A DNA stretch of 58,039 nucleotides from the IMG/VR virus record IMGVR_UViG_3300037246_001186, positions 1 to 58,039 of that record. One strand, given 5' to 3'. This DNA comes from a virus (taxonomy: Duplodnaviria > Caudoviricetes). Below are positions 45,999 to 53,889 of this stretch, piece by piece. The first letter of the stretch is position 1. The number at the start of each line of letters is the position of its first letter. The notes below the pieces were generated by a model, which saw only the letters and a list, made by a program, of their open reading frames with translations, made no database searches and was not told the DNA's origin. A program made the position numbers and the translations under genes.

Positions 45999-48337
45999 GC
46001 GCTACTCCACGGATCTCTCCTGCCATATAGAGCCACACCATCACAGCCCCAGTCCTTTGGCAGCTCCTCTTTCACTGCCCATGACTCATATGCCACCTTC
46101 GGCTCCACCACCATGGGAACCAGCGACTTCTTACCCGCCTTGACCATCAGCTTGGAGATAGCCTGGCACACCTCTTTGGTCACTGCCTCCTTCTTGACTC
46201 GAAACATCAGCTCATCATGAATCGGTACCACCATCTTCCAATCATCGTCGAGACCATTCTGCTGGAGATAAGTATCGATGGAAACGATCGACCGCAACAG
46301 CAGCTCACGCTCACTGCGCTGGACGATGTAATTCATCCCCTTGAAGCCACCATCCAGATAGACACGAGCACCTCCTATGGTGCGAATGAAATCCTGATGG
46401 CTATACTTGCTCGGCTTACCGGTGCGCCGCAGCCTCTCCTCGACAAAGATCTTGACACGCCCCAGCTCGGTGTATGCCTTGTTCCAGAAGATATCCATGA
46501 GCTTGTAGGCTGTCTTCCAATCGCTGTTGATCATGTCGGAGACCTTCGCTCCGCCAGCACCAAACGGGATCGCAAAGTCTACGTTCTTGGCCTTGTCTCT
46601 ATCCAGCTCAACGCCGAGACGCTCACACGTCTCCAGCATGATGGTGTGTGGATCAAACTCCACACCCTCGTTGAGGAAGCCCTCGACGAGATTCATTCGC
46701 TGCGGTCGGCTGTTGTAAGTCTCCCACCCACCAGTGTGAATGAACTTGCGGCACGCAGCCTTGTCACCTTCCGGTCCATGGGGTGCTTTACCCTTGCAGC
46801 TCCCACGCTTGCCCATGGTACAACCCCATGTGAACCGGTACCCGAACGACGGAGGAATGGCAATAGCGTAGTGACCCATCAGGCGCATCTGGCACCCGCT
46901 ATAGTCGAACATCACGAAGGCATGCTCCTCACCAGGCTGGAAGCAATGCCTCACGCTCTTCACCTGATTCTGATAGGCCACCTCGGGGCTCTTGTCCTTC
47001 TTCGGCTTCGCTGTGTTCATGACAGCGGGCTTCTCGGAAGCAAACCGCGTGGTCACGGCAGCAAGAGGTGATAACGTAGTGTGTACGTTTCCTGTCTCAC
47101 CAAACGCAGTCAGTGGGCGGTAGAAGGAAGTCAACTCCTTGTTCGCCTTGCGATAGTCTCCGATAAGGTCGAGCAGCCGCGCAGCGTCCTCCGAGGTGAG
47201 ACCACTCTCCAGCTGAACAGCCCCCTCTGACACCAGCTTGGTCCGGACGTGTTTTAGCGTTGCCTTCTTCGTGTCTCGATTGCCACGATACGTCGGCAGC
47301 TTCAGCTCATCGTACAGCTGACCAGCTAGCGTGGGGCCATGTCCGAGGTTCAGTATGATACCAGCGAGGGCGTGGATCTCAATCACGAGATCCTCTACCT
47401 CCTTCTCCTTCTGGCCAGCTCGCTCGATACACATCGCCTGATCCACGGGCATGCCGCGCTTCTCCATCCCAGCTACGATGCGCCGCTCCTGCTTATGCAG
47501 AGCAAGCAGCTCACGAATGGGTGCCTCCTGATACGCCTCTCTCGCTCGACACACCGCAGCCACCTTCAGCAGCAAGCGCGTGTCCATGCAAGCGTAGGGC
47601 GACACCGCGGTGCGCAGCGGGAGCATGCTCCAGTCGTTCAGCATGGCGGAGCCCTTACCCAGTGCCCGCCTGGCCTGGTTCAACAGCCCCTGCTCGTCCG
47701 GATCCACACCACACCACGTCTCGCCCAGATGCTTCAACGAGTGCCCTCCGTGGACGAAGCCACCCTTCCCCTCATTCAGCTTGTCGTCCCAGAGATCCAC
47801 GGGCCTCGGGTCGGTGAACACCGATAGCGCCTGGGTGTCCTCCATCCGATCCCAAGGCAGCTGGATCCCATCCACCAGCATCATCCGCGTGTCAAAGGGC
47901 CAGTTCTGTGCCAGCCACTCCACGTCGGGGGCATCGAACATGGCCTGGATGAGCCTCAACACACCAGCGAGCGGGAGGTTGGGGTCAGCCTCGCCATCTA
48001 GCTCCCACGTACCATACTCAGTCACACCCTCCGCGTTATGGAGGCGCTCCACCCACTCCCGCCCCTGATTCTTCTCGTCTGCGACGATCTGCTCCTCAGA
48101 CCGGCGCCAGTCGTAAGGCACATGCCGAACAGGAGCGTAGAAGTCAACCTCCGTCCCCTCAAGGTCATAGCTGACGCTGAAGCCGCAGAAGCGGGTGTCG
48201 GTAGCCCAGCTCGTGAAGCGCTTGTCCTTCACCTCGGTGGTCTCGGTGTCGAAACCAGCCTGCGCGACCCTGCGCTCCAAAATCGGGGTAAGTACCTCTT
48301 CTAGCTGGGAAATTGTCTCGATCAGTCCAGTCTGCAC
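45995..48337 (-). CDS. DNA polymerase family A with 3'-5' exonuclease
   Basis: Exo motifs DTET, NWPFD, YACMD; polymerase motif A DYSGCQMR, motif B RDKAKNVDFAIPFG, motif C IHDE. Confidence 0.92.
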   Translation of the reverse strand: MQTGLIETISQLEEVLTPILERRVAQAGFDTETTEVKDKRFTSWATDTRFCGFSVSYDLEGTEVDFYAPVRHVPYDWRRSEEQIVADEKNQGREWVERLHNAEGVTEYGTWELDGEADPNLPLAGVLRLIQAMFDAPDVEWLAQNWPFDTRMMLVDGIQLPWDRMEDTQALSVFTDPRPVDLWDDKLNEGKGGFVHGGHSLKHLGETWCGVDPDEQGLLNQARRALGKGSAMLNDWSMLPLRTAVSPYACMDTRLLLKVAAVCRAREAYQEAPIRELLALHKQERRIVAGMEKRGMPVDQAMCIERAGQKEKEVEDLVIEIHALAGIILNLGHGPTLAGQLYDELKLPTYRGNRDTKKATLKHVRTKLVSEGAVQLESGLTSEDAARLLDLIGDYRKANKELTSFYRPLTAFGETGNVHTTLSPLAAVTTRFASEKPAVMNTAKPKKDKSPEVAYQNQVKSVRHCFQPGEEHAFVMFDYSGCQMRLMGHYAIAIPPSFGYRFTWGCTMGKRGSCKGKAPHGPEGDKAACRKFIHTGGWETYNSRPQRMNLVEGFLNEGVEFDPHTIMLETCERLGVELDRDKAKNVDFAIPFGAGGAKVSDMINSDWKTAYKLMDIFWNKAYTELGRVKIFVEERLRRTGKPSKYSHQDFIRTIGGARVYLDGGFKGMNYIVQRSERELLLRSIVSIDTYLQQNGLDDDWKMVVPIHDELMFRVKKEAVTKEVCQAISKLMVKAGKKSLVPMVVEPKVAYESWAVKEELPKDWGCDGVALYGRRDPWSSA

Positions 48338-48432
48338 GCTCTCTCCTCTTTGAATACCTCGTGAGGGTAGCCCATTGATTCAAAAGGGCAACTTCATAGC
48401 TTGATTACGTCAACATGATAAAAACAGGGGGT

Positions 48433-48917
48433 GTGCGGGCAGCTTTCGTGTGCCCGCACGGGCACTTTTCTCCTTCGATCTCAGTAACTTACAGCGACTT
48501 GAATCGCTTGGGTGTGCGGGCACACGAAAACTGCCCGCACAGGCTAACCACCTGTTTTCTCTCAAGAAAGTACACTGCTGTGCGGGCGTGCGGGCAGTTT
48601 CCGCCCTTATATATAATAATATATATATATATATAAATGGACGAGTTGTTGGTTTTGGGCTCTCACATTCAGGTTGTACCTTGAGGGGGTACCATTTCCG
48701 GAAACTGCCCGCACGCCCGCACACCTCACCGCTTTCCTCAATGATATCAAGGACTTAACCCCGTGCGGGCTAAAATCGGTGCCCGCACACCCCCTGTGCA
48801 ACTCACCGGCCTAACCCCGCTAACCCATTCGTCTTTTTGCCCGTGCGGGCTACTACCCTCTGTGCCCGCACACCCCCGACTCAAAAGCCCTCTCCTCGCG
48901 TTTCAGCCCGTGCGGGC
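48433..48917. other. Putative replication origin: 13 GCCCGCAC iterons around an AT/TA tract
   Basis: Octamer in both orientations; 25-bp inverted repeat at 48579-48603/48699-48723 flanks a pure A/T tract at ~48607-48638; intergenic, upstream of the polymerase. Confidence 0.7.
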
Positions 48918-48953
48918 AATGCGGCAATGCGCACCAAGCCACCTGCCTAATTA

Positions 48954-49250
48954 TTAGGCAGCGTCGTATTCTTCCAGCACTATTTTCAGCTCCCCCATTT
49001 CATAGTCTGATCCAGCATCTGCCGTGAGGACAGCCCGCGCCGCATCGATAACGCTGGATGTGAGCTGGCGCCGATGACATCCACGTTCAAACTCAGTAGG
49101 CCCGCGCCCCCTGGCGCGCTTTTCCCGCTTCTCCGGTGAGTGAATACCGCAGAAGTCACCATACTTGGCCGGGTTCGAGCACTCAAACATCTGAGTGTAG
49201 TGCGGTGGCCTTGAGAACGTGGCCACACACCCCTTCTTGTCTTTGCTCAT
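48954..49250 (-). CDS. Hypothetical protein (Cys/His finger)
   Basis: C...CSNPA...FCGIH; ATGA coupling. Confidence 0.6.
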   Translation of the reverse strand: MSKDKKGCVATFSRPPHYTQMFECSNPAKYGDFCGIHSPEKREKRARGRGPTEFERGCHRRQLTSSVIDAARAVLTADAGSDYEMGELKIVLEEYDAA

Positions 49251-49531
49251 ACTCTCTCCAATGCGGCAAGGAACTCCATGAGCTGGACGCAACCAGCCTT
49301 TGCTTCATCCATCGAGTCGAAATACTTGCTCAGCTTGACATCGCCGATCCACTCACATCCGAGCCAGCTTGGCCCCGGCCATTCTTCCGCATTTCGGTTC
49401 GCCTTGAATTCGACCCTTGCCTCGACGTATGGTCCATTCCGCTCCACTTCAAACCGCGCGCTCTCCTTGGTCGTCACCTTCTGATGATCTTGGTAGTGAG
49501 GGTAGACACCCTCCCATACTAATTTAGACAT
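49247..49531 (-). CDS. Hypothetical protein
   Basis: GGAGG SD. Confidence 0.6.
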   Translation of the reverse strand: MSKLVWEGVYPHYQDHQKVTTKESARFEVERNGPYVEARVEFKANRNAEEWPGPSWLGCEWIGDVKLSKYFDSMDEAKAGCVQLMEFLAALERV

Positions 49532-49784
49532 TTTTCGCCTCCCTTTCAGCCCCATGTGCCCTCTCGCAGTCGCAGTGCTCCATGCAGCAATTATCGTTGC
49601 AGTTACAATCAGTCTTCTTCGCCACCTCCCTCTTGAAGTAGAACGTGACGATAACGCTCATGACTCTCTCAACGCTGACGACAGACATCAATTTCCACCC
49701 CTCCTGCGCTTGCGCATTGAGGTATCTCTCTTGACTCCTATTCGACGGTCCAACTAGGGACCACACCTTGTACTCCCACATCAC
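49524..49784 (-). CDS. DUF4177-like protein with a Cys-rich tail
   Basis: WEYKV...LNAQAQEGWKLMSV...FYFKR. Confidence 0.7.
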   Translation of the reverse strand: MMWEYKVWSLVGPSNRSQERYLNAQAQEGWKLMSVVSVERVMSVIVTFYFKREVAKKTDCNCNDNCCMEHCDCERAHGAEREAKNV

Positions 49785-50116
49785 TCATCCGCCTCATAGC
49801 TCACAGACAAGAATGCCATACGTCCAGGGAATTTCATTAGCAAGTTCCTCAGCGGCTGGTACACATACGAGTGTCTCTCAAGAATCGGACTGCTGCTGGT
49901 TTTGCCCTTGTACACCAAAGCACCCACGACACCATCGTACTTGACCAAGTAGGCGTCAATGTCCTCCTCAGTGCTCAGGTGGAGGGTGATTTTATCTGCT
50001 GTGATGCCGAAGGCTTCCTCAATCCATTCATAGCAAATGATGCCACTCCATATGTTTGAGGGTCTTGCATAACTCTTACCCGTAGAACGCCTCGTTAGTT
50101 CAACATCAATCTTCAT
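49781..50116 (-). CDS. Hypothetical protein
   Basis: AAGGAG SD; coupled. Confidence 0.6.
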   Translation of the reverse strand: MKIDVELTRRSTGKSYARPSNIWSGIICYEWIEEAFGITADKITLHLSTEEDIDAYLVKYDGVVGALVYKGKTSSSPILERHSYVYQPLRNLLMKFPGRMAFLSVSYEADE

Positions 50117-50414
50117 TGCTCTCTCCTTTCATCTTGGATAGCATTCTACCACAGCTCGCCACTACCTTCCGGTCAGCCTTCCTCGACAGCTCTGCCCACC
50201 GGGTCAGCAAAGAGGCAATGCACTCGTCGATGACACTATTTCGAGTGACACTGCTCTTGAGGCGCTTGAAGTACCACCACGCCCATCTAGGTTCAGATGG
50301 GTGCTGCACAATCACATGCACCAGCTGCCAGCCGAGGTCGCCACGAGTCTCAAGGATCACCTGCTCATCCTTGCCGTCGATCAGCATCTCAAGCCTCTCG
50401 TATTCATACTTCAA
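50106..50414 (-). CDS. DUF4177-like protein (second copy)
   Basis: KYEY...LETRGDLGWQLVHV...WYFKR; TTGA coupling. Confidence 0.6.
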   Translation of the reverse strand: MKYEYERLEMLIDGKDEQVILETRGDLGWQLVHVIVQHPSEPRWAWWYFKRLKSSVTRNSVIDECIASLLTRWAELSRKADRKVVASCGRMLSKMKGESNED

Positions 50415-50599
50415 TCCTTCACCTCCTCGGCGATGATCTCGGTAATTATCGGATCTTCGCACTCATTGGTACAAGAGTGGCAGAGGTATACATCAGCATC
50501 CGAGGCCTCATTGCTGCGAAGTGCTTCCTTCTTGCTCTTGGCTTCTACTACACCGAGGTCCTTCGAGCTACTCACTATCGCTGTCAGTCGAAATTTCAT
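50411..50599 (-). CDS. Hypothetical protein
   Basis: 'VEAKSKKEA' small-protein pattern and CHSC. Confidence 0.6.
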   Translation of the reverse strand: MKFRLTAIVSSSKDLGVVEAKSKKEALRSNEASDADVYLCHSCTNECEDPIITEIIAEEVKD

Positions 50600-50602
50600 T
50601 GA

Positions 50603-51139
50603 TCAGTCCTCATCAAAGGGGAGTTCTAGGGCCAGCTGCGCTCCCATCTTGGCCACATCCAGCTGACGCTCCGCAGAGATATCTTCAGGACAGGTGATCA
50701 CTACTGCGGCATTCTCCTCAAATCTCACATGCCTCCTCTCCAGCAGAGAGAGCATCGCAGCAGCCTCATCAAGCTGATCAGCAGCCTCACCCGCAGAACA
50801 CTGGTCCGCCCTTAGGCGCTCGGCGGCGTCCTTGAACTCAGCTAGCATAGTGTCAATGCGGCTCCGCCTGATCCTCTCGGGCCGGAGCACTTCCAGCCCC
50901 GCCACTATCCCTAGCGGAGCAGAAACCATCCCATCGACAATAGGATACTCCCCCTGAGGTGCCTCCTCGGTGGGGGTGCAGCCCTGGTTCAGCTCAGCTT
51001 TCCTTCTTGCAATGATGACTTCCTTCTCCTCTTGAGGTATGTCGCTCTCCCTGATGCCTCTCTCGATCATCTCGGTGACTGATTCAACATCACCCTCAAC
51101 ATCATGGTCAATTTGCTCGGGCATGATCTTCTCCTTCAT
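50603..51139 (-). CDS. Hypothetical acidic protein
   Basis: Clean ORF; alternative start at 51124. Confidence 0.6.
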   Translation of the reverse strand: MKEKIMPEQIDHDVEGDVESVTEMIERGIRESDIPQEEKEVIIARRKAELNQGCTPTEEAPQGEYPIVDGMVSAPLGIVAGLEVLRPERIRRSRIDTMLAEFKDAAERLRADQCSAGEAADQLDEAAAMLSLLERRHVRFEENAAVVITCPEDISAERQLDVAKMGAQLALELPFDED

Positions 51140-51353
51140 CTGTTATAAGATAATCGCACACATGACAGCCTTCCACAGGACAATTGGCCGCCAAGTCTCT
51201 GAGTGTCGCCGAGCAACGATCGTATCCGTAGTTCCATGAGTCGATTGCATCCTGTGCGGCGTCGGCTTTGGGTCTTCCAACCTTGATGATCAGTGCGATG
51301 GCGATGACGCACAGGGGCCATGAGACCTGTACCAAGAATTCCATCCAGTTCAT
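51108..51353 (-). CDS. Membrane-anchored hypothetical protein
   Basis: AAGGAG SD; N-terminal TM segment; CPVEGCHVC. Confidence 0.55.
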   Translation of the reverse strand: MNWMEFLVQVSWPLCVIAIALIIKVGRPKADAAQDAIDSWNYGYDRCSATLRDLAANCPVEGCHVCDYLITDEGEDHARAN

Positions 51354-51362
51354 CTTTTCTCC

Positions 51363-51620
51363 TTATCGGTTGGGTGTTGCCGCAGCTTGAGTTTTCTCAG
51401 CTTCCTTAGCAAAGGTGATCACTTGCACTCGGTGGCCGCACACATTACAGTATTTGAAGCTGGCCATCCATGCAGGCTCAGCGAAGAAGCTGTGGGGCTG
51501 TATCTTTACACACTGGCTACAGTGGCGCAGGCAGTCATCGAGGAAGGTGGGGAGTGGCCCCACGACGTTCAGCTCTTCCAGCAAATACTCAACTAGTAGG
51601 CTACTCCCTCTGCGGTTCAT
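51363..51620 (-). CDS. Zinc-ribbon protein
   Basis: CSQC...YCNVCG; TGATG coupling. Confidence 0.6.
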   Translation of the reverse strand: MNRRGSSLLVEYLLEELNVVGPLPTFLDDCLRHCSQCVKIQPHSFFAEPAWMASFKYCNVCGHRVQVITFAKEAEKTQAAATPNR

Positions 51621-52003
51621 CAGACACCGCCCAGCTTTCTGGCTGCGAGTGTCGAGTAGCCGGACACCGTAGTCAGGAAGGATTTCTGCCAAATCCAATT
51701 ATCCAGCATGAAGCAGCGGTGCTGATCCTGGTCGAAGGTGATTGTTTGATCGTCAGAATCCTCCAGCATACTGATCATTGACTTGTAGTCTTCGGAGTGA
51801 TCCTCAGGGGTGACGAGGTTGATGTTGATGGGGACGGCGCCCTCCCTCGCAAACAGCTCCTCCAGGCCCTGATTGAGCATGTTCTGCGCGTGGTCACGGT
51901 AGCCTTGAACCGCTTCCGCGTGGATCTCTTGGTGCTCGACCAAGTTCACCTTCATCCGGTCGATCACTGCTTGGGTGTCAAATGTCATTTGAATTGTGTT
52001 CAT
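51620..52003 (-). CDS. Conserved phage hypothetical protein
   Basis: AAGGAG SD; 'H...H.EA..GY', 'PEDHSEDY..MISMLE', 'DNWIW'. Confidence 0.65.
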   Translation of the reverse strand: MNTIQMTFDTQAVIDRMKVNLVEHQEIHAEAVQGYRDHAQNMLNQGLEELFAREGAVPININLVTPEDHSEDYKSMISMLEDSDDQTITFDQDQHRCFMLDNWIWQKSFLTTVSGYSTLAARKLGGV

Positions 52004-52069
52004 GTTGGCTCCTTGTTTTGCAGGCACTCGAACAGCACACTGCCGTCCTCATACACCGTCATGTGAGGG

Positions 52070-52456
52070 TTACACTCCACCAATGGGTCCGAGTTGTGAG
52101 TCTTGAAACTCCACAACGCCAGTCCACGTCGTGACCCCCACGAGGTGGCCATCCATGATGTACCCGCAGGCGATGGAGGCAACGCGGGCATGACGCAGTG
52201 AGAGCAACGGGATCATCACATCCTGCTCGGGTGAGAGGTCCGTCCCAGCGTAGACGTGGGAGCCATCCACTTCTACAGCACAGTCGATGGTGCTGGTAGG
52301 GAAGGGGGTGCCTGACTTGTAGGTGTTCGGCGTGCAGAAGGTGAGGTTACCAGACTTGGCGTCGATCACTGGCCCAAGGGGGTAGGTACACTCCGCCAGC
52401 GCCGGGGAGGCGAGGAAGAGGAAGAGCATGAATAGCATAAGAACAAGGGTTTTCAT
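52070..52456 (-). CDS. Secreted protein
   Basis: Signal peptide ending SPALA-E; four Cys in the mature part. Confidence 0.65.
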   Translation of the reverse strand: MKTLVLMLFMLFLFLASPALAECTYPLGPVIDAKSGNLTFCTPNTYKSGTPFPTSTIDCAVEVDGSHVYAGTDLSPEQDVMIPLLSLRHARVASIACGYIMDGHLVGVTTWTGVVEFQDSQLGPIGGV

Positions 52457-52487
52457 GTTGGTTCCTTTCGTTTGGGTTTACACTACA

Positions 52488-52563
52488 TGGTCAGGAGTGG
52501 AGGGATCGAACCTCCGTACCCGGGGTCACAACCCGGTAGATTGGCCTGCTATCCTAACTCCTG
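52488..52563 (-). tRNA. tRNA with His anticodon (GTG) and an atypical acceptor end
   Basis: Cloverleaf CAGGAGT/ACTCCTG, CCGGG-TTGTGAC-CCCGG, GGAGG-TTCGATC-CCTCC, encoded A-CCA. Confidence 0.85.
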
Positions 52564-52818
52564 ATCTTCTGGCGGTTCAGGGGTCTCATCCTCGTCGAGC
52601 CAGTAGGTTACTTTCGCTTGCTCTCGCATGTGATCTCCGATCAGTATAGCTTCGCGCCAGCGTCCTAGCCAGAAGCCAGCGTAGGGAAAGTTGAGCTGGT
52701 AGTTCTCCGATGCTGCGTGTGCGAACACGGGGCGGTCGGGGCGCGCATCGGTTACGACTTGATACGGTCCTGTGTCCGATACTGGTAAGCGCTCATCTAC
52801 ACTGATCCATTTCGGCAT
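52549..52818 (-). CDS. DUF551-like protein
   Basis: KWISVDERLP...VTYW; AAGGAG SD. Confidence 0.7.
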   Translation of the reverse strand: MPKWISVDERLPVSDTGPYQVVTDARPDRPVFAHAASENYQLNFPYAGFWLGRWREAILIGDHMREQAKVTYWLDEDETPEPPEDQELG

Positions 52819-52834
52819 GGGAACTCCTTCTGAG

Positions 52835-52912
52835 TGGTCGGGATGGCAGGATTCGAACCTGCGGCCTTCCGGCTCCAAACCGGAAGCTCTGGCCAGACTG
52901 AGCTACACCCCG
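52835..52912 (-). tRNA. tRNA-Pro (TGG)
   Basis: CGGGGTG/CATCCCG, GCTC/GAGC, TCCGG-TTTGGAG-CCGGA, TTCGAAT, A-CCA. Confidence 0.92.
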
Positions 52913-53151
52913 GGGAGGTCATCAATTATTTTGCAGATGGAACAGTCTTCTCCACCCTCGCATGGAATCTTGTATACGTCAATCGTGGGATGGATCGGGA
53001 CGTGGCCGCAGGTATCACTCTGCATGTCCCCCCAGCAGATAGGGAGGCCCAGTCTCTCAGCACCCGCTCTCTCGTCGGGGGTGAACTTACGGTGGCAGGT
53101 TTCACTTGCGCACACGGCACTGCAAAAGGTCTTGTCTTTGTAGCAGATCAC
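52903..53151 (-). CDS. Cys-rich hypothetical protein
   Basis: CYKDKTFC...C...CHRK; GTGA coupling. Confidence 0.6.
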   Translation of the reverse strand: MICYKDKTFCSAVCASETCHRKFTPDERAGAERLGLPICWGDMQSDTCGHVPIHPTIDVYKIPCEGGEDCSICKIIDDLPGV

Positions 53152-53567
53152 TTTTGCCTCCGATCGTCCATAGCTTTTCTGAGCCCGGGCCAGTCCTTAC
53201 GCCGATCTCCTCGCCTCGGCCAGTCAGCTACGCTGCGCTTGCTGATGCGCCGGTTGACTCTGGCAATGCTCCTGCGATTGAAGGAGGTGCTCTCTTCATT
53301 GCGCCGCTGCTCCACGCGCCGATCCTTCACCACCCCCTGCTTTCTCAAGGCGTTCAGCAGCTCCTTGGCCTCGTCGGACAGTTTGATCTCTACCACCAGC
53401 GTGGCCACCTGCTTGCATGTCTTGGTGTGAGTCCGCGAGTGCTCCAGGGTCTCGCTGTTCCATGAGTCTCTGTAGCGCTCACCCGCGTCGATGCCGACAC
53501 CACAATCGGCACACACCCACGGCTTGGATGCGGTTCTGATCTTGGATATTGTTCTACCTCTTCTCAT
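53148..53567 (-). CDS. Zn-finger plus basic-tail protein
   Basis: RTASKPWVCADCG...IDAGERY...H..TC. Confidence 0.6.
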   Translation of the reverse strand: MRRGRTISKIRTASKPWVCADCGVGIDAGERYRDSWNSETLEHSRTHTKTCKQVATLVVEIKLSDEAKELLNALRKQGVVKDRRVEQRRNEESTSFNRRSIARVNRRISKRSVADWPRRGDRRKDWPGLRKAMDDRRQK

Positions 53568-53785
53568 CTCTTCTCCTTCAGTGCGTCGAGGAGGCGACGC
53601 TGGCAACGCCCACAGTATCGAGCATCGACACATGGGTTCAGGTTGTTTCTGATCTCAATCGCTCGGCGACCTGCCTGACGTAGCTGGAGGCAGCCATCAC
53701 AATAGTAGGCGTGCTTCATCCTTACCAGCATGATGGGCTTGATGCTGGGATTTCGATTGAGGGGTGTGACTCTCTTGTCAGGCAT
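53564..53785 (-). CDS. Zinc-finger protein
   Basis: CDGC...YCGRC. Confidence 0.55.
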   Translation of the reverse strand: MPDKRVTPLNRNPSIKPIMLVRMKHAYYCDGCLQLRQAGRRAIEIRNNLNPCVDARYCGRCQRRLLDALKEKR

Positions 53786-53889
53786 CAGCGCCTCCGAAAG
53801 AGTGTGGCGTGTACTACCACAAACATGAGACCGGCCAATGCCAGGCCTAGCCCAATGTGGTCAACGAGAGTAAGCGATTCATACCACAT
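53785..53889 (-). CDS. 34-aa single-TM peptide (not in the ORF track)
   Basis: MWYESLTLVDHIGLGLALAGLMFVVVHATLFRRR; TGATG coupling at both ends. Confidence 0.55.
   Translation of the reverse strand: MWYESLTLVDHIGLGLALAGLMFVVVHATLFRRR

Noticed and set aside
45995-48337. Z-genome or 7-deazaguanine modification pathway
   Set aside because: No PurZ, DpdA/Que or thymidylate-synthase-like genes were recognised.
52488-52912. tRNAs as the attP site
   Set aside because: They are full-length genes more than 25 kb from the recombinase either way round the circle, with no duplicated fragment.
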